Part shown: piece by piece, positions 1 to 18,000 of the stretch
How the letters are laid out: each line of letters starts with the position of its first letter
How positions within the stretch are numbered: the stretch's first letter is position 1
Assembly (NCBI GenBank): GCA_964016885.1
Contig: OZ024741.1
Span: 20,088,001-20,152,000 of the forward strand
Length of the DNA: 64,000 nt
DNA from: Eledone cirrhosa
Lineage: Eukaryota
Direction of reading: 5' to 3'
Translations under genes and position numbers: made by a program
Notes under the pieces: generated by a model
Databases searched by the model: none
The model's input: only the letters and a program-made list of their open reading frames with translations
Told to the model about the DNA's origin: nothing

Positions 1-3000
1 CTACCGTCATCACCATAACCTCCGCCATCACCATCATCACCATCACTACCGTCATCACCATCACCACCATCACTACCGTCATCACCATCACCACCATCAC
101 TACCGTCATCACCATCACCACCATCACTACCGTCATCACCATCACCACCATCACTACCGTCATCACCATCACCACCATCACTACCGTCATCACCATCACC
201 ATCACTACCGTCATCACCATCACGACCATCACTACCGTCATCACCATCACCTCCGCCATCACCATCATCACCATCACTACTGTCATCACCATCACCACCA
301 TCACTATCGTCATCACCATCACCACCATCACTACCGTCATCACCATCACCACCATCACTACCGTCATCACCATCACCACCATCACTACCGTCATCACCAT
401 CACCACCATCACTACCGTCATCACCATCACTATCACTACCGTCATCACCATCACCATCACTACCGTCATCACCATCACGACCATCACTACCCTCATCACC
501 ATCACCATCACTACCGTTATCACCATCACCACCACCATCACTACCGTCATCACCATCACTACCATCACCATCACCACCACCATCACTACCGTCATCATCA
601 TCGCCATCACTACCGTCATCACCACCACCATCACTACCGTCATCACCACCACTACCGTCATCACCATCACCACCACCATCACTACCGTCATCACCATCAC
701 CATCACTACCGTCATCACCATCATCACCATCACTACCGTCATCACAATCACCACCATCACTACCGTCATCAACATCACCATCACTAACGTCATCACCATC
801 ACCACCACCATCACTACCGTCATCACCATCACCATCACTACCGTCATCACCATCACCACCATCACTATCGTCATCACCATCACCACCATCACTACCGTCA
901 TCATCATCGCCATCACTACCGTCATCAACATCACCATCACTACCGTCATCACCATCACCACCACCATCACTACCGTCATCACCATCACCATCACTACCGT
1001 CATCACCATCACCACCATCACTACCGTCATCACCATCACCATCACTACCGTCGTTACCATCACCACCATCAATACCGTCATCACCATCACCATCACTACC
1101 GTCATCACCACCATCACTACTGTCATCCCCATCACCACCACCATCACTACCGTCATCACCATCATCACCATCACTACCGTCATCACCATCATCGCCATCA
1201 CTACCGTCATCACCATCACTATAACTACCGTCATCACCACCATCACCATCACTACCGTCACCATCACCACCACCTTCACTACCGTCATCACCACCACCAT
1301 CACAACCGTCATCACCATCACCATCACTACCGTCATCACCATCACCACCATCACTACCGTCATCACCACCACCATCACTACCGTCATCACCACCACCATC
1401 ACTACCGTCATCACCATCATCACCATCACAATCACTACCGTCACAATCACCATCACCATCACTACCGTCATCACCATCATCACCATCACTACCGTCATGA
1501 CCATCACCATCACTACCGTCACAATCACCATCACCATCACTACCGTCATAACCATCACCACAATCACTACCGTCATCACCACCACCATCACAACCGTCAT
1601 CACCGTCACCATCACTACCGTCATCACCATCACCATCGCTACCGTCATCACTACCGTCATCACCATCACCAACATCACTACCGTCACCACCATCACCATC
1701 ACAACCGTCATCACCGTCACCATCACTACCGTCATCACCACCAACATCACCACCATCACCACCATCACCATCACCATCACCACCACCACCATCACTACCG
1801 TCATCACCATCACCATCACTACCGTCATCACCATCACCACCACCATCACTACCGTCATCACCACCACCATCACTACCGTCATCACCATCACTACCGTCAC
1901 CATCACCATCATAACCATCACTAGCGTCATCACCATCACCACCATCACTACCGTCATCACCATCACCATCACTACCGTCATCACGACCACCATCACTACC
2001 GTCATCACCACCAACACCTCTACCGTCATCACCATCACCACCACCATCACTACCGTCATCACCATCACCATCACTACCGTCATCACCTTCACCAACATCA
2101 CTACCGTCATCACCATCACCACCATCACTACCGTCATCACCACTACTATCAATACCGTCACCATCACCATCACCATCACTACCGTCATCACCATCACCAC
2201 CATCACTACCGTCATCACCATCACCACCATCACTACCGTGATCACCATCACCACCATCACTACCGTCATCACCATCACCACCATCACTACCGTCATCACC
2301 ATCACCACCACCATCACTACCGTCATCACCATCACCACCATCACTACCTTCATCACCATCACCACCATCACTACCGTCATCACCATCACCACCATCACTA
2401 CCGTCATCACCATCACCACCATCACTACCGTCATCACCATCACCACCATCACTACCGTCATCACCATCACCACCACCATCACTACCGTCATCACCCTCAC
2501 CTCCGCCATCACCATCATCACCATCACTACTGTCATCACCATCACCACCATCACTATCGTCATCACCATCACCACCATCACTACCGTCATCACCATCACC
2601 ACCATCACTACCGTCATCACCATCACTATCACTACCGTCATCACCATCACCATCACTCTCGTCATCACCATCACGACCATCACTACCCTCATCACCATCA
2701 CCATCACTACCGTCATCACCATCACCACCACCATCACTACCGTCATCACCATCACTACCATCACCATCACCACCACCATCACTACCGTCATCATCATCGC
2801 CATCACTACCGTCATCACCACCACCATCACTACCGTCATCACCACCACTACCGTCATCACCATCACCACCACCATCACTACCGTCATCACCATCACCATC
2901 ACTACCGTCATCACCATCATCACCATCACTACCGTCATCACAATCACCACCATCACTACCGTCATCAACATCACCATCACTACCGTCATCACCATCACCA

Positions 3001-6000
3001 TCACCATCACTACCGTCATCACCATCACCATCACTACCGTCATCACCATCACCACCATCACTACCGTCATCACCATCACCACTATCACTACCGTCATCAC
3101 CATCACCACCATCACTACCGTCATCGCCATCACCATCACTACCGTCACAATCACCATCAACATCACTACCGTCATCACCATCATCACCATCACTACCGTC
3201 ATCACCATCACCATCACTACCGTCATCACCACCACCATCACAACCGTCATCACCATCACCATCACTACCGTCATCACCATCAGCATCACTACTGTCATCA
3301 CCATAACCACCACCATCACTACCGTCATCACCATCGCCATCACTACCGTCATCAACATCACCATCACTACCGTCATCACCATCACCATCACTACCGTCAT
3401 CGCCATCATCACCATCACTACCGTCATCACCATCACCACCATCACTACCGTCATCACGATCACCATCACTACCGTCATCACCATCACCACCATCACTACC
3501 GTCATCACCATCACCACCACCATCACTACCGTCATCACCACCACCATCACTACCGTCATCACGATCACCATCAATACCGTCATCACCATCACCACCATCA
3601 CTACCGTCATCACCATCACCATCACTACCGTCATCACCATCACCATCACTACCGTCATCACCATCACCATCACTACCGTCATCACCATCACCACCACCAT
3701 CACTACCGTCATCACCATCGCCATCACTACCGTCATCAACATCACCATCACTACCGTCATCACCATCACCACCACCATCACTACCGTCATCACCATCACC
3801 ATCACTACCGTCATCACCATCATCACCATCACTACCGTCATCACAATCACCACCATCACTACCGTTATCACCATCACCACCATCACTACCGTCATCACCA
3901 TCACCACCATCACTACCGTCATCACCATCACCACCACCATCACTACCGTCATCACCATCACCACCATCACTACCTTCATCACCATCACCACCATCACTAC
4001 CGTCATCACCATCACCATCACTACCGTCATCACCATCACCATCACTACCGTCATCACCATCACCACCATCACTACCGTCATCATCATCGCCATCACTACC
4101 GTCATCAACATCACCATCACTACCGTCATCACCATCACCACCACCATCACCATCATCACCATCACTACTGTCATCACCATCACCACCATCACTATCGTCA
4201 TCACCATCACCACCATCACTACCGTCATCACCATCACCACCATCACTACCGTCATCACCATCACCACCATCACTACCGTCATCACCATCACCACCATCAC
4301 TACCGTCATCACCATCACTATCACTACCGTCATCACCATCACCATCACTACCGTCATCACCATCACGACCATCACTACCCTCATCACCATCACCATCACT
4401 ACCGTTATCACCATCACCACCACCATCACTACCGTCATCACCATCACTACCATCACCATCACCACCACCATCACTACCGTCATCATCATCGCCATCACTA
4501 CCGTCATCACCACCACCATCACTACCGTCATCACCACCACTACCGTCATCACCATCACCACCACCATCACTACCGTCATCACCATCACCATCACTACCGT
4601 CATCACCATCATCACCATCACTACCGTCATCACAATCACCACCATCACTACCGTCATCAACATCACCATCACTACCGTCATCACCATCACCACCACCATC
4701 ACTACCGTCATCACCATCACCATCACTACCGTCATCACCATCACCACCATCACTATCGTCATCACCATCACCACCATCACTACCGTCATCATCATCGCCA
4801 TCACTACCGTCATCAACATCACCATCACTACCGTCATCACCATCACCATCACCATCACTACCGTCATCACCATCACCATCACTACCGTCATCACCATCAC
4901 CACCATCACTACCGTCATCACCATCACCATCACTACCGTCGTTACCATCACCACCATCAATACCGTCATCACCATCACCATCACTACCGTCATCACCATC
5001 ACCACCATCACTACCGTCATCACCACCACCATCACTACCGTCATCACCACCACCATCACTACCGTCATCACCATCATCACCATCACAATCACTACCGTCA
5101 CAATCACCATCACTATCACTACCGTCATCACCATCATCACCATCACTACCGTCATAACCATCACCACAATCACTACCGTCATCACCACCACCATCACAAC
5201 CGTCATCACCGTCACCATCACTACCGTCATCACCATCACCATCGCTACCGTCATCACTACCGTCATCACCATCACCAACATCACTACCGTCACCACCATC
5301 ACCATCACAACCGTCATCACCGTCACCATCACTACCGTCATCACCACCAACATCACCACCATCACCACCATCACCATCACCATCACCACCACCACCATCA
5401 CTACCGTCATCACCATCACCATCACTACCGTCATCACCATCACCACCACCATCACTACCGTCATCACCACCACCATCACTACCGTCATCACCATCACTAC
5501 CGTCACCATCACCATCATAACCATCACTAGCGTCATCACCATCACCACCATCACTACCGTCATCACCATCACCATCACTACCGTCATCACGACCACCATC
5601 ACTACCGTCATCACCACCAACACCTCTACCGTCATCACCATCACCACCACCATCACTACCGTCATCACCATCACCATCACTACCGTCATCACCTTCACCA
5701 ACATCACTACCGTCATCACCATCACCACCATCACTACCGTCATCACCACTACTATCAATACCGTCACCATCACCATCACCATCACTACCGTCATCACCAT
5801 CACCACCATCACTACCATCATCACCACCACCATCACTACCGTCATCACCATCACAATCACTACCGTCATCACCATCACCACCACCATCACTACCTTCATC
5901 ACCATCACCATCACCACCATCACTACCGTCATCACCATCACCACCATCACTACCGTCATCACCATCACCACCATCACTACCGTGATCACCATCACCACCA

Positions 6001-9000
6001 TCACTACCGTCATCACCATCACCACCATCACTACCGTCATCACCATCACCACCACCATCACTACCGTCATCACCATCACCACCATCACTACCTTCATCAC
6101 CATCACCACCATCACTACCGTCATCACCATCACCATCACTACCGTCATCACCATCACCATCACTACCGTCATCACCATCACCACCATCACTACCGTCATC
6201 ATCATCGCCATCACTACCGTCATCAACATCACCATCACTACCGTCATCACCATCACCACCATCATCACTACCGTCATCACCATCACCTCCGCCATCACCA
6301 TCATCACCATCACCACCATCACTACCGTCATCACCATCACCACCATCACTACCGTCATCACCATCACCACCATCACTACCGTCATCACCACTACTATCAA
6401 TACCGTCACCATCACCATCACTACCGTCATCACCATCACCACCATCACTACCATCATCACCACCACCATCACTACCGTCATCACCATCACAATCACTACC
6501 GTCATCACCATCACCACCACCATCACTACCTTCATCACCATCACCATCACCACCATCACTACCGTCATCACCATCACCACCATCACTACCGTCATCACCA
6601 TCACCACCATCACTACCGTGATCACCATCACCACCATCACTACCGTCATCACCATCACCACCATCACTACCGTCATCACCATCACCACCACCATCACTAC
6701 CGTCATCACCATCACCACCATCACTACCTTCATCACCATCACCACCATCACTACCGTCATCACCATCACCATCACTACCGTCATCACCATCACCATCACT
6801 ACCGTCATCACCATCACCACCATCACTACCGTCATCATCATCGCCATCACTACCGTCATCAACATCACCATCACTACCGTCATCACCATCACCACCACCA
6901 TCACTACCGTCATCACCATCACCTCCGCCATCACCATCATCACCATCAGTACTGTCATCACCATCACCACCATCACTATCGTCATCACCATCACCACCAT
7001 CACTACCGTCATCACCATCACCACCATCACTACCGTCATCACCATCACCACCATCACTACCGTCATCACCATCACCACCATCACTACCGTCATCACCATC
7101 ACTATCACTACCGTCATCACCATCACCATCACTACCGTCATCACCATCACGACCATCACTACCCTCATCACCATCACCATCACTACCGTCATCACCATCA
7201 CCACCACCATCACTACCGTCATCACCATCACTACCATCACCATCACCACAACCATCACTACCGTCATCATCATCGCCATCACTACCGTCATCACCACCAC
7301 CATCACTACCGTCATCACCACCACTACCGTCATCACCATCACCACCACCATCACTACCGTCATCACCATCACCATCACTACCGTCATCACCATCATCACC
7401 ATCACTACCGTCATCACAATCACCACCATCACTACCGTCATCAACATCACCATCACTACCGTCATCACTATCACCACCACCATCACTACCGTCATCACCA
7501 TCACCATCACTACCGTCATCACCATCATCACCATCACTACCGTCATCACAATCACCACCATCACTACCGTCATCACCATCATCACCATCACTACCGTCAC
7601 CATCACCATCACCATCACTACCGTCATCACCATCATCACCATCACTACCGTCATCACCATCACCACCATCACTACCGTCATCACCACCATCACCATCACT
7701 ACCGTCATCACCATCACCACCACCATCACTACCGTCATCACCATCACCATCACTACCGTCATCACCATCGCCACCATCACTACCGTCATCACCATCATCG
7801 CCATCACTACCGTCATCACCATCACCACCACCATCACTACCGTCATCACCATCACCACCATCACTACCGTCATCACCATCACCATCACCATCACTACCGT
7901 CATCACCATCACCATCACTACAGTCATCACCATCACCATCACTACCGTCATCAATATCACCATCACTACCGTCATCACCATCACGAACATCACTACCGGC
8001 ATCACCATCACCATCACTACCGTCATCACCATCACCACCACCATCACTACCGTCATCACCATCACCATCACTACCATCATCACCATCATCACCATCACTA
8101 CCGTCATCACCATCACCACCATCACTACCATCACCACCATCACAACCGTCATCACCATCACCACCACCATCACTACCGTCATCACCATCACCACCATCAC
8201 TACCGTCATCACCATCACCACCACCATCACTACCGTCATCACCATCACCACCATCACTACCGTCATCACCATCACCACCACCATCACTACCGTCATCACC
8301 ATCACTACCGTCATCACCATCACCATCACTACCGTCATCACCATCACCACCATCACTACCGTCATCATCATCACCATCACTACCGTCATCAACATCACCA
8401 TCACTACCGTCATCACCATCACCACCACCATCACTACCGTCATCACCATAACCTCCGCCATCACCATCATCACCATCACTACCGTCATCACCATCACCAC
8501 CATCACTACCGTCATCACCATCACCACCATCACTACCGTCATCACCATCACCACCATCACTACCGTCATCACCATCACTATCACTACCGTCATCACCATC
8601 ACCATCACTACCGTCATCACCATCACGACCATCACTACCGTCATCACCATCACCATCACTACCGTCATCACCATCACCACCACCATCACTACCGTCATCA
8701 CCATCACTACCATCACCATCACCACCACCATCACTACCGTCATCATCATCGCCATCACTACCGTCATCACCACCACCATCACTACCGTCATCACCACCAT
8801 CACCATCACTACCGTCATCACCATCACCACCACCATCACTACCGTCATCACCATCACCATCACTACCGTCATCACCATCATCACCATCACTACCGTCATC
8901 ACAATCAGCACCATCACTACCGTTATCAACATCACCATCACTACCGTCATCACCATCACCACCACCATCACTACCGTCATCACCATCACCATCACTACCG

Positions 9001-12000
9001 TCATCACCATCATCACAATCACCACCATCACTACCGTCATCACCATCATCACCATCACTACCGTCACCATGACCATCACCATCACTACCGTCATCACCAT
9101 CACCACTATCACTACCGTCATCACCATCACCACCATCACTACCGTCATCACCATCACCATCACTACCGTCACAATCACCATCAACATCACTACCGTCATC
9201 ACCATCATCACCATCACTACCGTCATCACCATCACCATCACTACCGTCATCACCACCACCATCACAACCGTCATCACCATCACCATCACTACCGTCATCA
9301 CCATCAGCATCACTACTGTCATCACCATAACCACCACCATCACTACCGTCATCACCATCGCCATCACTACCGTCATCAACATCACCATCACTACCGTCAT
9401 CACCATCACCATCACTACCGTCATCGCCATCATCACCATCACTACCGTCATCACCATCACCACCATCACTACCGTCATCACGATCACCATCACTACCGTC
9501 ATCACCATCACCACCATCACTACCGTCATCACCATCACCACCACCATCACTACCGTCATCACCACCACCATCACTACCGTCATCACGATCACCATCAATA
9601 CCGTCATCACCATCACCACCATCACTACCGTCATCACCATCACCATCACTACCGTCATCACCATCACCATCACTACCGTCATCACCATCACCATCACTAC
9701 CGTCATCACCATCACCACCACCATCACTACCGTCATCACCATCGCCATCACTACCGTCATCAACATCACCATCACTACCGTCATCACCATCACCACCACC
9801 ATCACTACCGTCATCACCATCACCATCACTACCGTCATCACCATCATCACCATCACTACCGTCATCACAATCACCACCAACACTACCGTTATCACCATCA
9901 CCACCATCACTACCGTCATCACCATCACCACCATCACTACCGTCATCACCATCACCACCACCATCACTACCGTCATCACCATCACCACCATCACTACCTT
10001 CATCACCATCACCACCATCACTACCGTCATCACCATCACCATCACTACCGTCATCACCATCACCATCACTACCGTCATCACCATCACCACCATCACTACC
10101 GTCATCATCATCGCCATCACTACCGTCATCAACATCACCATCACTACCGTCATCACCATCACCACCACCATCACTACCGTCATCACCATCACCTCCGCCA
10201 TCACCATCATCACCATCACTACTGTCATCACCATCACCACCATCACTATCGTCATCACCATCACCACCATCACTACCGTCATCACCATCACCACCATCAC
10301 TACCGTCATCACCATCACCACCATCACTACCGTCATCACCATCACCACCATCACTACCGTCATCACCATCACTATCACTACCGTCATCACCATCACCATC
10401 ACTACCGTCATCACCATCACGACCATCACTACCCTCATCACCATCACCATCACTACCGTTATCACCATCACCACCACCATCACTACCGTCATCACCATCA
10501 CTACCATCACCATCACCACCACCATCACTACCGTCATCATCATCGCCATCACTACCGTCATCACCACCACCATCACTACCGTCATCACCACCACTACCGT
10601 CATCACCATCACCACCACCATCACTACCGTCATCACCATCACCATCACTACCGTCATCACCATCATCACCATCACTACCGTCATCACAATCACCACCATC
10701 ACTACCGTCATCAACATCACCATCACTACCGTCATCACCATCACCACCACCATCACTACCGTCATCACCATCACCATCACTACCGTCATCACCATCACCA
10801 CCATCACTATCGTCATCACCATCACCACCATCACTACCGTCATCATCATCGCCATCACTACCGTCATCAACATCACCATCACTACCGTCATCACCATCAC
10901 CACCACCATCACTACCGTCATCACCATCACCATCACTACCGTCATCACCATCACCACCATCACTACCGTCATCACCATCACCATCACTACCGTCGTTACC
11001 ATCACCACCATCAATACCGTCATCACCATCACCATCACTACCGTCATCACCACCATCACTACTGTCATCACCATCACCACCACCATCACTACCGTCATCA
11101 CCATCATCACCATCACTACCGTCATCACCATCATCGCCATCACTACCGTCATCACCATCACCATAACTACCGTCATCACCACCATCACCATCACTACCGT
11201 CACCATCACCACCACCTTCACTACCGTCATCACCACCACCATCACAACCGTCATCACCATCACCATCACTACCGTCATCACCATCACCACCATCACTACC
11301 GTCATCACCACCACCATCACTACCGTCATCACCACCACCATCACTACCGTCATCACCATCATCACCATCACAATCACTACCGTCACAATCACCATCACCA
11401 TCACTACCGTCATCACCATCATCACCATCACTACCGTCATGACCATCACCATCACTACCGTCACAATCACCATCACCATCACTACCGTCATAACCATCAC
11501 CACAATCACAACCGTCATCACCACCACCATCACAACCGTCATCACCGTCACCATCACTACCGTCATCACCATCACCATCGCTACCGTCATCACTACCGTC
11601 ATCACCATCACCATCACTACCGTCATCACCATCACCACCACCATCACTACCGTCATCACCACCACCATCACTACCGTCATCACCATCACTACCGTCACCA
11701 TCACCATCATAACCATCACTAGCGTCATCACCATCACCACCATCACTACCGTCATCACCATCACCATCACTACCGTCATCACGACCACCATCACTACCGT
11801 CATCACCACCAACACCTCTACCGTCATCACCATCACCACCACCATCACTACCGTCATCACCATCACCATCACTACCGTCATCACCTTCACCAACATCACT
11901 ACCGTCATCACCATCACCACCATCACTACCGTCATCACCACTACTATCAATACCGTCACCATCACCATCACCATCACTACCGTCATCACCATCACCACCA

Positions 12001-15000
12001 TCACTACCATCATCACCACCACCATCACTACCGTCATCACCATCACAATCACTACCGTCATCACCATCACCACCACCATCACTACCTTCATCACCATCAC
12101 CATCACCACCATCACTACCGTCATCACCATCACCACCATCACTACCGTCATCACCATCACCACCATCACTACCGTGATCACCATCACCACCATCACTACC
12201 GTCATCACCATCACCACCATCACTACCGTCATCACCATCACCACCACCATCACTACCGTCATCACCATCACCACCATCACTACCTTCATCACCATCACCA
12301 CCATCACTACCGTCATCACCATCACCATCACTACCGTCATCACCATCACCATCACTACCGTCATCACCATCACCACCATCACTACCGTCATCATCATCGC
12401 CATCACTACCGTCATCAACATCACCATCACTACCGTCATCACCATCACCACCACCATCACTACCGTCATCACCATCACCTCCGCCATCACCATCATCACC
12501 ATCACTACTGTCATCACCATCACCACCATCACTATCGTCATCACCATCACCACCATCACTACCGTCATCACCATCACCACCATCACTACCGTCATCACCA
12601 TCACCACCATCACTACCGGCATCACCATCACTATCACTACCGTCATCACCATCACCATCACTACCGTCATCACCATCACGACCATCACTACCCTCATCAC
12701 CATCACCATCACTACCGTCATCACCATCACCACCACCATCACTACCGTCATCACCATCACTACCATCACCATCACCACCACCATCACTACCGTCATCATC
12801 ATCGCCATCACTACCGTCATCACCACCACCATCACTACCGTCATCACCACCACTACCGTCATCACCATCACCACCACCATCACTACCGTCATCACCATCA
12901 CCATCACTACCGTCATCACCATCATCACCATCACTACCGTCATCACAATCACCACCATCACTACCGTCATCAACATCACCATCACTACCGTCATCACCAT
13001 CACCACCACCATCACTACCGTCATCACCATCACCATCACTACCGTCATCACCATCATCACCATCACTACCGTCATCACAATCACCACCATCACTACCGTC
13101 ACCATCACCATCACCATCACTACCATCATCACCATCATCACCATCACTACCGTCATCACCATCACCACCATCACTACCGTCATCACCACCATCACCATCA
13201 CTACCGTCATCACCATCACCACCACCATCACTACCGTCATCACCATCACCATCACTACCGTCATCACCATCGCCACCATCACTACCGTCATCACCATCAT
13301 CGCCATCACTACCGTCATCACCATCACCACCACCATCACTACCGTCATCACCATCACCACCATCACTACCGTCATCACCATCACCATCACCATCACTACC
13401 GTCATCACCATCACCATCACTACAGTCATCACCATCACCATCACTACCGTCATCAATATCACCATCACTACCGTCATCACCATCACGAACATCACTACCG
13501 GCATCACCATCACCATCACTACCGTCATCACCATCACCACCACCATCACTACCGTCATCACCATCACCATCACTACCATCATCACCATCATCACCATCAC
13601 TACCGTCATCACCATCACCACCATCACTACCATCACCACCATCACAACCGTCATCACCATCACCACCACCATCACTACCGTCATCACCATCACCACCATC
13701 ACTACCGTCATCACCATCACCACCACCATCACTACCGTCATCACCATCACCACCATCACTACCGTCATCACCATCACCACCACCATCACTACCGTCATCA
13801 CCATCACTACCGTCATCACCATCACCATCACTACCGTCATCACCATCACCACCAACACTACCGTCATCATCATCACCATCACTACCGTCATCAACATCAC
13901 CATCACTACCGTCATCACCATCACCACCACCATCACTACCGTCATCACCATCACTACCGTCATCACCATCACCATCACTACCGTCATCACCATCACCACC
14001 AACACTACCGTCATCATCATCACCATCACTACCGTCATCACCACCACCATCACTACCGTCATCACCATAACCTCCGCCATCACCATCATCACCATCACTA
14101 CCGTCATCACCATCACCACCATCACTACCGTCATCACCATCACCACCATCACTACCGTCATCACCATCACCACCATCACTACCGTCATCACCATCACCAC
14201 CATCACTACCGTCATCACCATCACCACCATCACTACCGTCATCACCATCACTATCACTACCGTCATCACCATCACCATCACTACCGTCATCACCATCACG
14301 ACCATCACTACCGTCATCACCATCACCTCCGCCATCACCATCATCACCATCACTACTGTCATCACCATCACCACCATCACTATCGTCATCACCATCACCA
14401 CCATCACTACCGTCATCACCATCACCACCATCACTACCGTCATCACCATCACCACCATCACTACCGTCATCACCATCACCACCATCACTACCGTCATCAC
14501 CATCACTATCACTACCGTCATCACCATCACCATCACTACCGTCATCACCATCACGACCATCACTACCCTCATCACCATCACCATCACTACCGTTATCACC
14601 ATCACCACCACCATCACTACCGTCATCACCATCACTACCATCACCATCACCACCACCATCACTACCGTCATCATCATCGCCATCACTACCGTCATCACCA
14701 CCACCATCACTACCGTCATCACCACCACTACCGTCATCACCATCACCACCACCATCACTACCGTCATCACCATCACCATCACTACCGTCATCACCATCAT
14801 CACCATCACTACCGTCATCACAATCACCACCATCACTACCGTCATCAACATCACCATCACTAACGTCATCACCATCACCACCACCATCACTACCGTCATC
14901 ACCATCACCATCACTACCGTCATCACCATCACCACCATCACTATCGTCATCACCATCACCACCATCACTACCGTCATCATCATCGCCATCACTACCGTCA

Positions 15001-18000
15001 TCAACATCACCATCACTACCGTCATCACCATCACCACCACCATCACTACCGTCATCACCATCACCATCACTACCGTCATCACCATCACCACCATCACTAC
15101 CGTCATCACCATCACCATCACTACCGTCGTTACCATCACCACCATCAATACCGTCATCACCATCACCATCACTACCGTCATCACCACCATCACTACTGTC
15201 ATCACCATCACCACCACCATCACTACCGTCATCACCATCATCACCATCACTACCGTCATCACCATCATCGCCATCACTACCGTCATCACCATCACTATAA
15301 CTACCGTCATCACCACCATCACCATCACTACCGTCACCATCACCACCACCTTCACTACCGTCATCACCACCACCATCACAACCGTCATCACCATCACCAT
15401 CACTACCGTCATCACCATCACCACCATCACTACCGTCATCACCACCACCATCACTACCGTCATCACCACCACCATCACTACCGTCATCACCATCATCACC
15501 ATCACAATCACTACCGTCACAATCACCATCACCATCACTACCGTCATCACCATCATCACCATCACTACCGTCATGACCATCACCATCACTACCGTCACAA
15601 TCACCATCACCATCACTACCGTCATAACCATCACCACAATCACTACCGTCATCACCACCACCATCACAACCGTCATCACCGTCACCATCACTACCGTCAT
15701 CACCATCACCATCGCTACCGTCATCACTACCGTCATCACCATCACCAACATCACTACCGTCACCACCATCACCATCACAACCGTCATCACCGTCACCATC
15801 ACTACCGTCATCACCACCAACATCACCACCATCACCACCATCACCATCACCATCACCACCACCACCATCACTACCGTCATCACCATCACCATCACTACCG
15901 TCATCACCATCACCACCACCATCACTACCGTCATCACCACCACCATCACTACCGTCATCACCATCACTACCGTCACCATCACCATCATAACCATCACTAG
16001 CGTCATCACCATCACCACCATCACTACCGTCATCACCATCACCATCACTACCGTCATCACGACCACCATCACTACCGTCATCACCACCAACACCTCTACC
16101 GTCATCACCATCACCACCACCATCACTACCGTCATCACCATCACCATCACTACCGTCATCACCTTCACCAACATCACTACCGTCATCACCATCACCACCA
16201 TCACTACCGTCATCACCACTACTATCAATACCGTCACCATCACCATCACCATCACTACCGTCATCACCATCACCACCATCACTACCGTCATCACCATCAC
16301 CACCATCACTACCGTGATCACCATCACCACCATCACTACCGTCATCACCATCACCACCATCACTACCGTCATCACCATCACCACCACCATCACTACCGTC
16401 ATCACCATCACCACCATCACTACCTTCATCACCATCACCACCATCACTACCGTCATCACCATCACCACCATCACTACCGTCATCACCATCACCACCATCA
16501 CTACCGTCATCACCATCACCACCATCACTACCGTCATCACCATCACCACCACCATCACTACCGTCATCACCATCACCTCCGCCATCACCATCATCACCAT
16601 CACTACTGTCATCACCATCACCACCATCACTATCGTCATCACCATCACCACCATCACTACCGTCATCACCATCACCACCATCACTACCGTCATCACCATC
16701 ACCACCATCACTACCGTCATCACCATCACCACCATCACTACCGTCATCACCATCACTATCATTACCGTCATCACCATCACCATCACTCTCGTCATCACCA
16801 TCACGACCATCACTACCCTCATCACCATCACCATCACTACCGTCATCACCATCACCACCACCATCACTACCGTCATCACCATCACTACCATCACCATCAC
16901 CACCACCATCACTACCGTCATCATCATCGCCATCACTACCGTCATCACCACCACCATCACTACCGTCATCACCACCACTACCGTCATCACCATCACCACC
17001 ACCATCACTACCGTCATCACCATCACCATCACTACCGTCATCACCATCATCACCATCACTACCGTCATCACAATCACCACCATCACTACCGTCATCAACA
17101 TCACCATCACTACCGTCATCACCATCACCACCACCATCACTACCGTCATCACCATCACCATCACTACCGTCATCACCATCATCACCATCACTACCGTCAT
17201 CACAATCACCACCATCACTACCGTCATCACCATCATCACCATCACTACCGTCACCATCACCATCACCATCACTACCGTCATCACCATCATCACCATCACT
17301 ACCGTCATCACCATCACCACCATCACTACCGTCATCACCACCATCACCATCACTACCGTCATCACCATCACCACCACCATCACTACCGTCATCACCATCA
17401 CCATCACTACCGTCATCACCATCGCCACCATCACTACCGTCATCACCATCATCGCCATCACTACCGTCATCACCATCACCACCACCATCACTACCGTCAT
17501 CACCATCACCACCATCACTACCGTCATCACCATCACCATCACCATCACTACCGTCATCACCATCACCATCACTACAGTCATCACCATCACCATCACTACC
17601 GTCATCAATATCACCATCACTACCGTCATCACCATCACGAACATCACTACCGGCATCACCATCACCATCACTACCGTCATCACCATCACCACCACCATCA
17701 CTACCGTCATCACCATCACCATCACTACCATCATCACCATCATTACCATCACTACCGTCATCACCATCACCACCATCACTACCATCACCACCATCACAAC
17801 CGTCATCACCATCACCACCACCATCACTACCGTCATCACCATCACCACCATCACTACCGTCATCACCATCACCACCACCATCACTACCGTCATCACCATC
17901 ACCACCATCACTACCGTCATCACCATCACCACCACCATCACTACCGTCATCACCATCACTACCGTCATCACCATCACCATCACTACCGTCATCACCATCA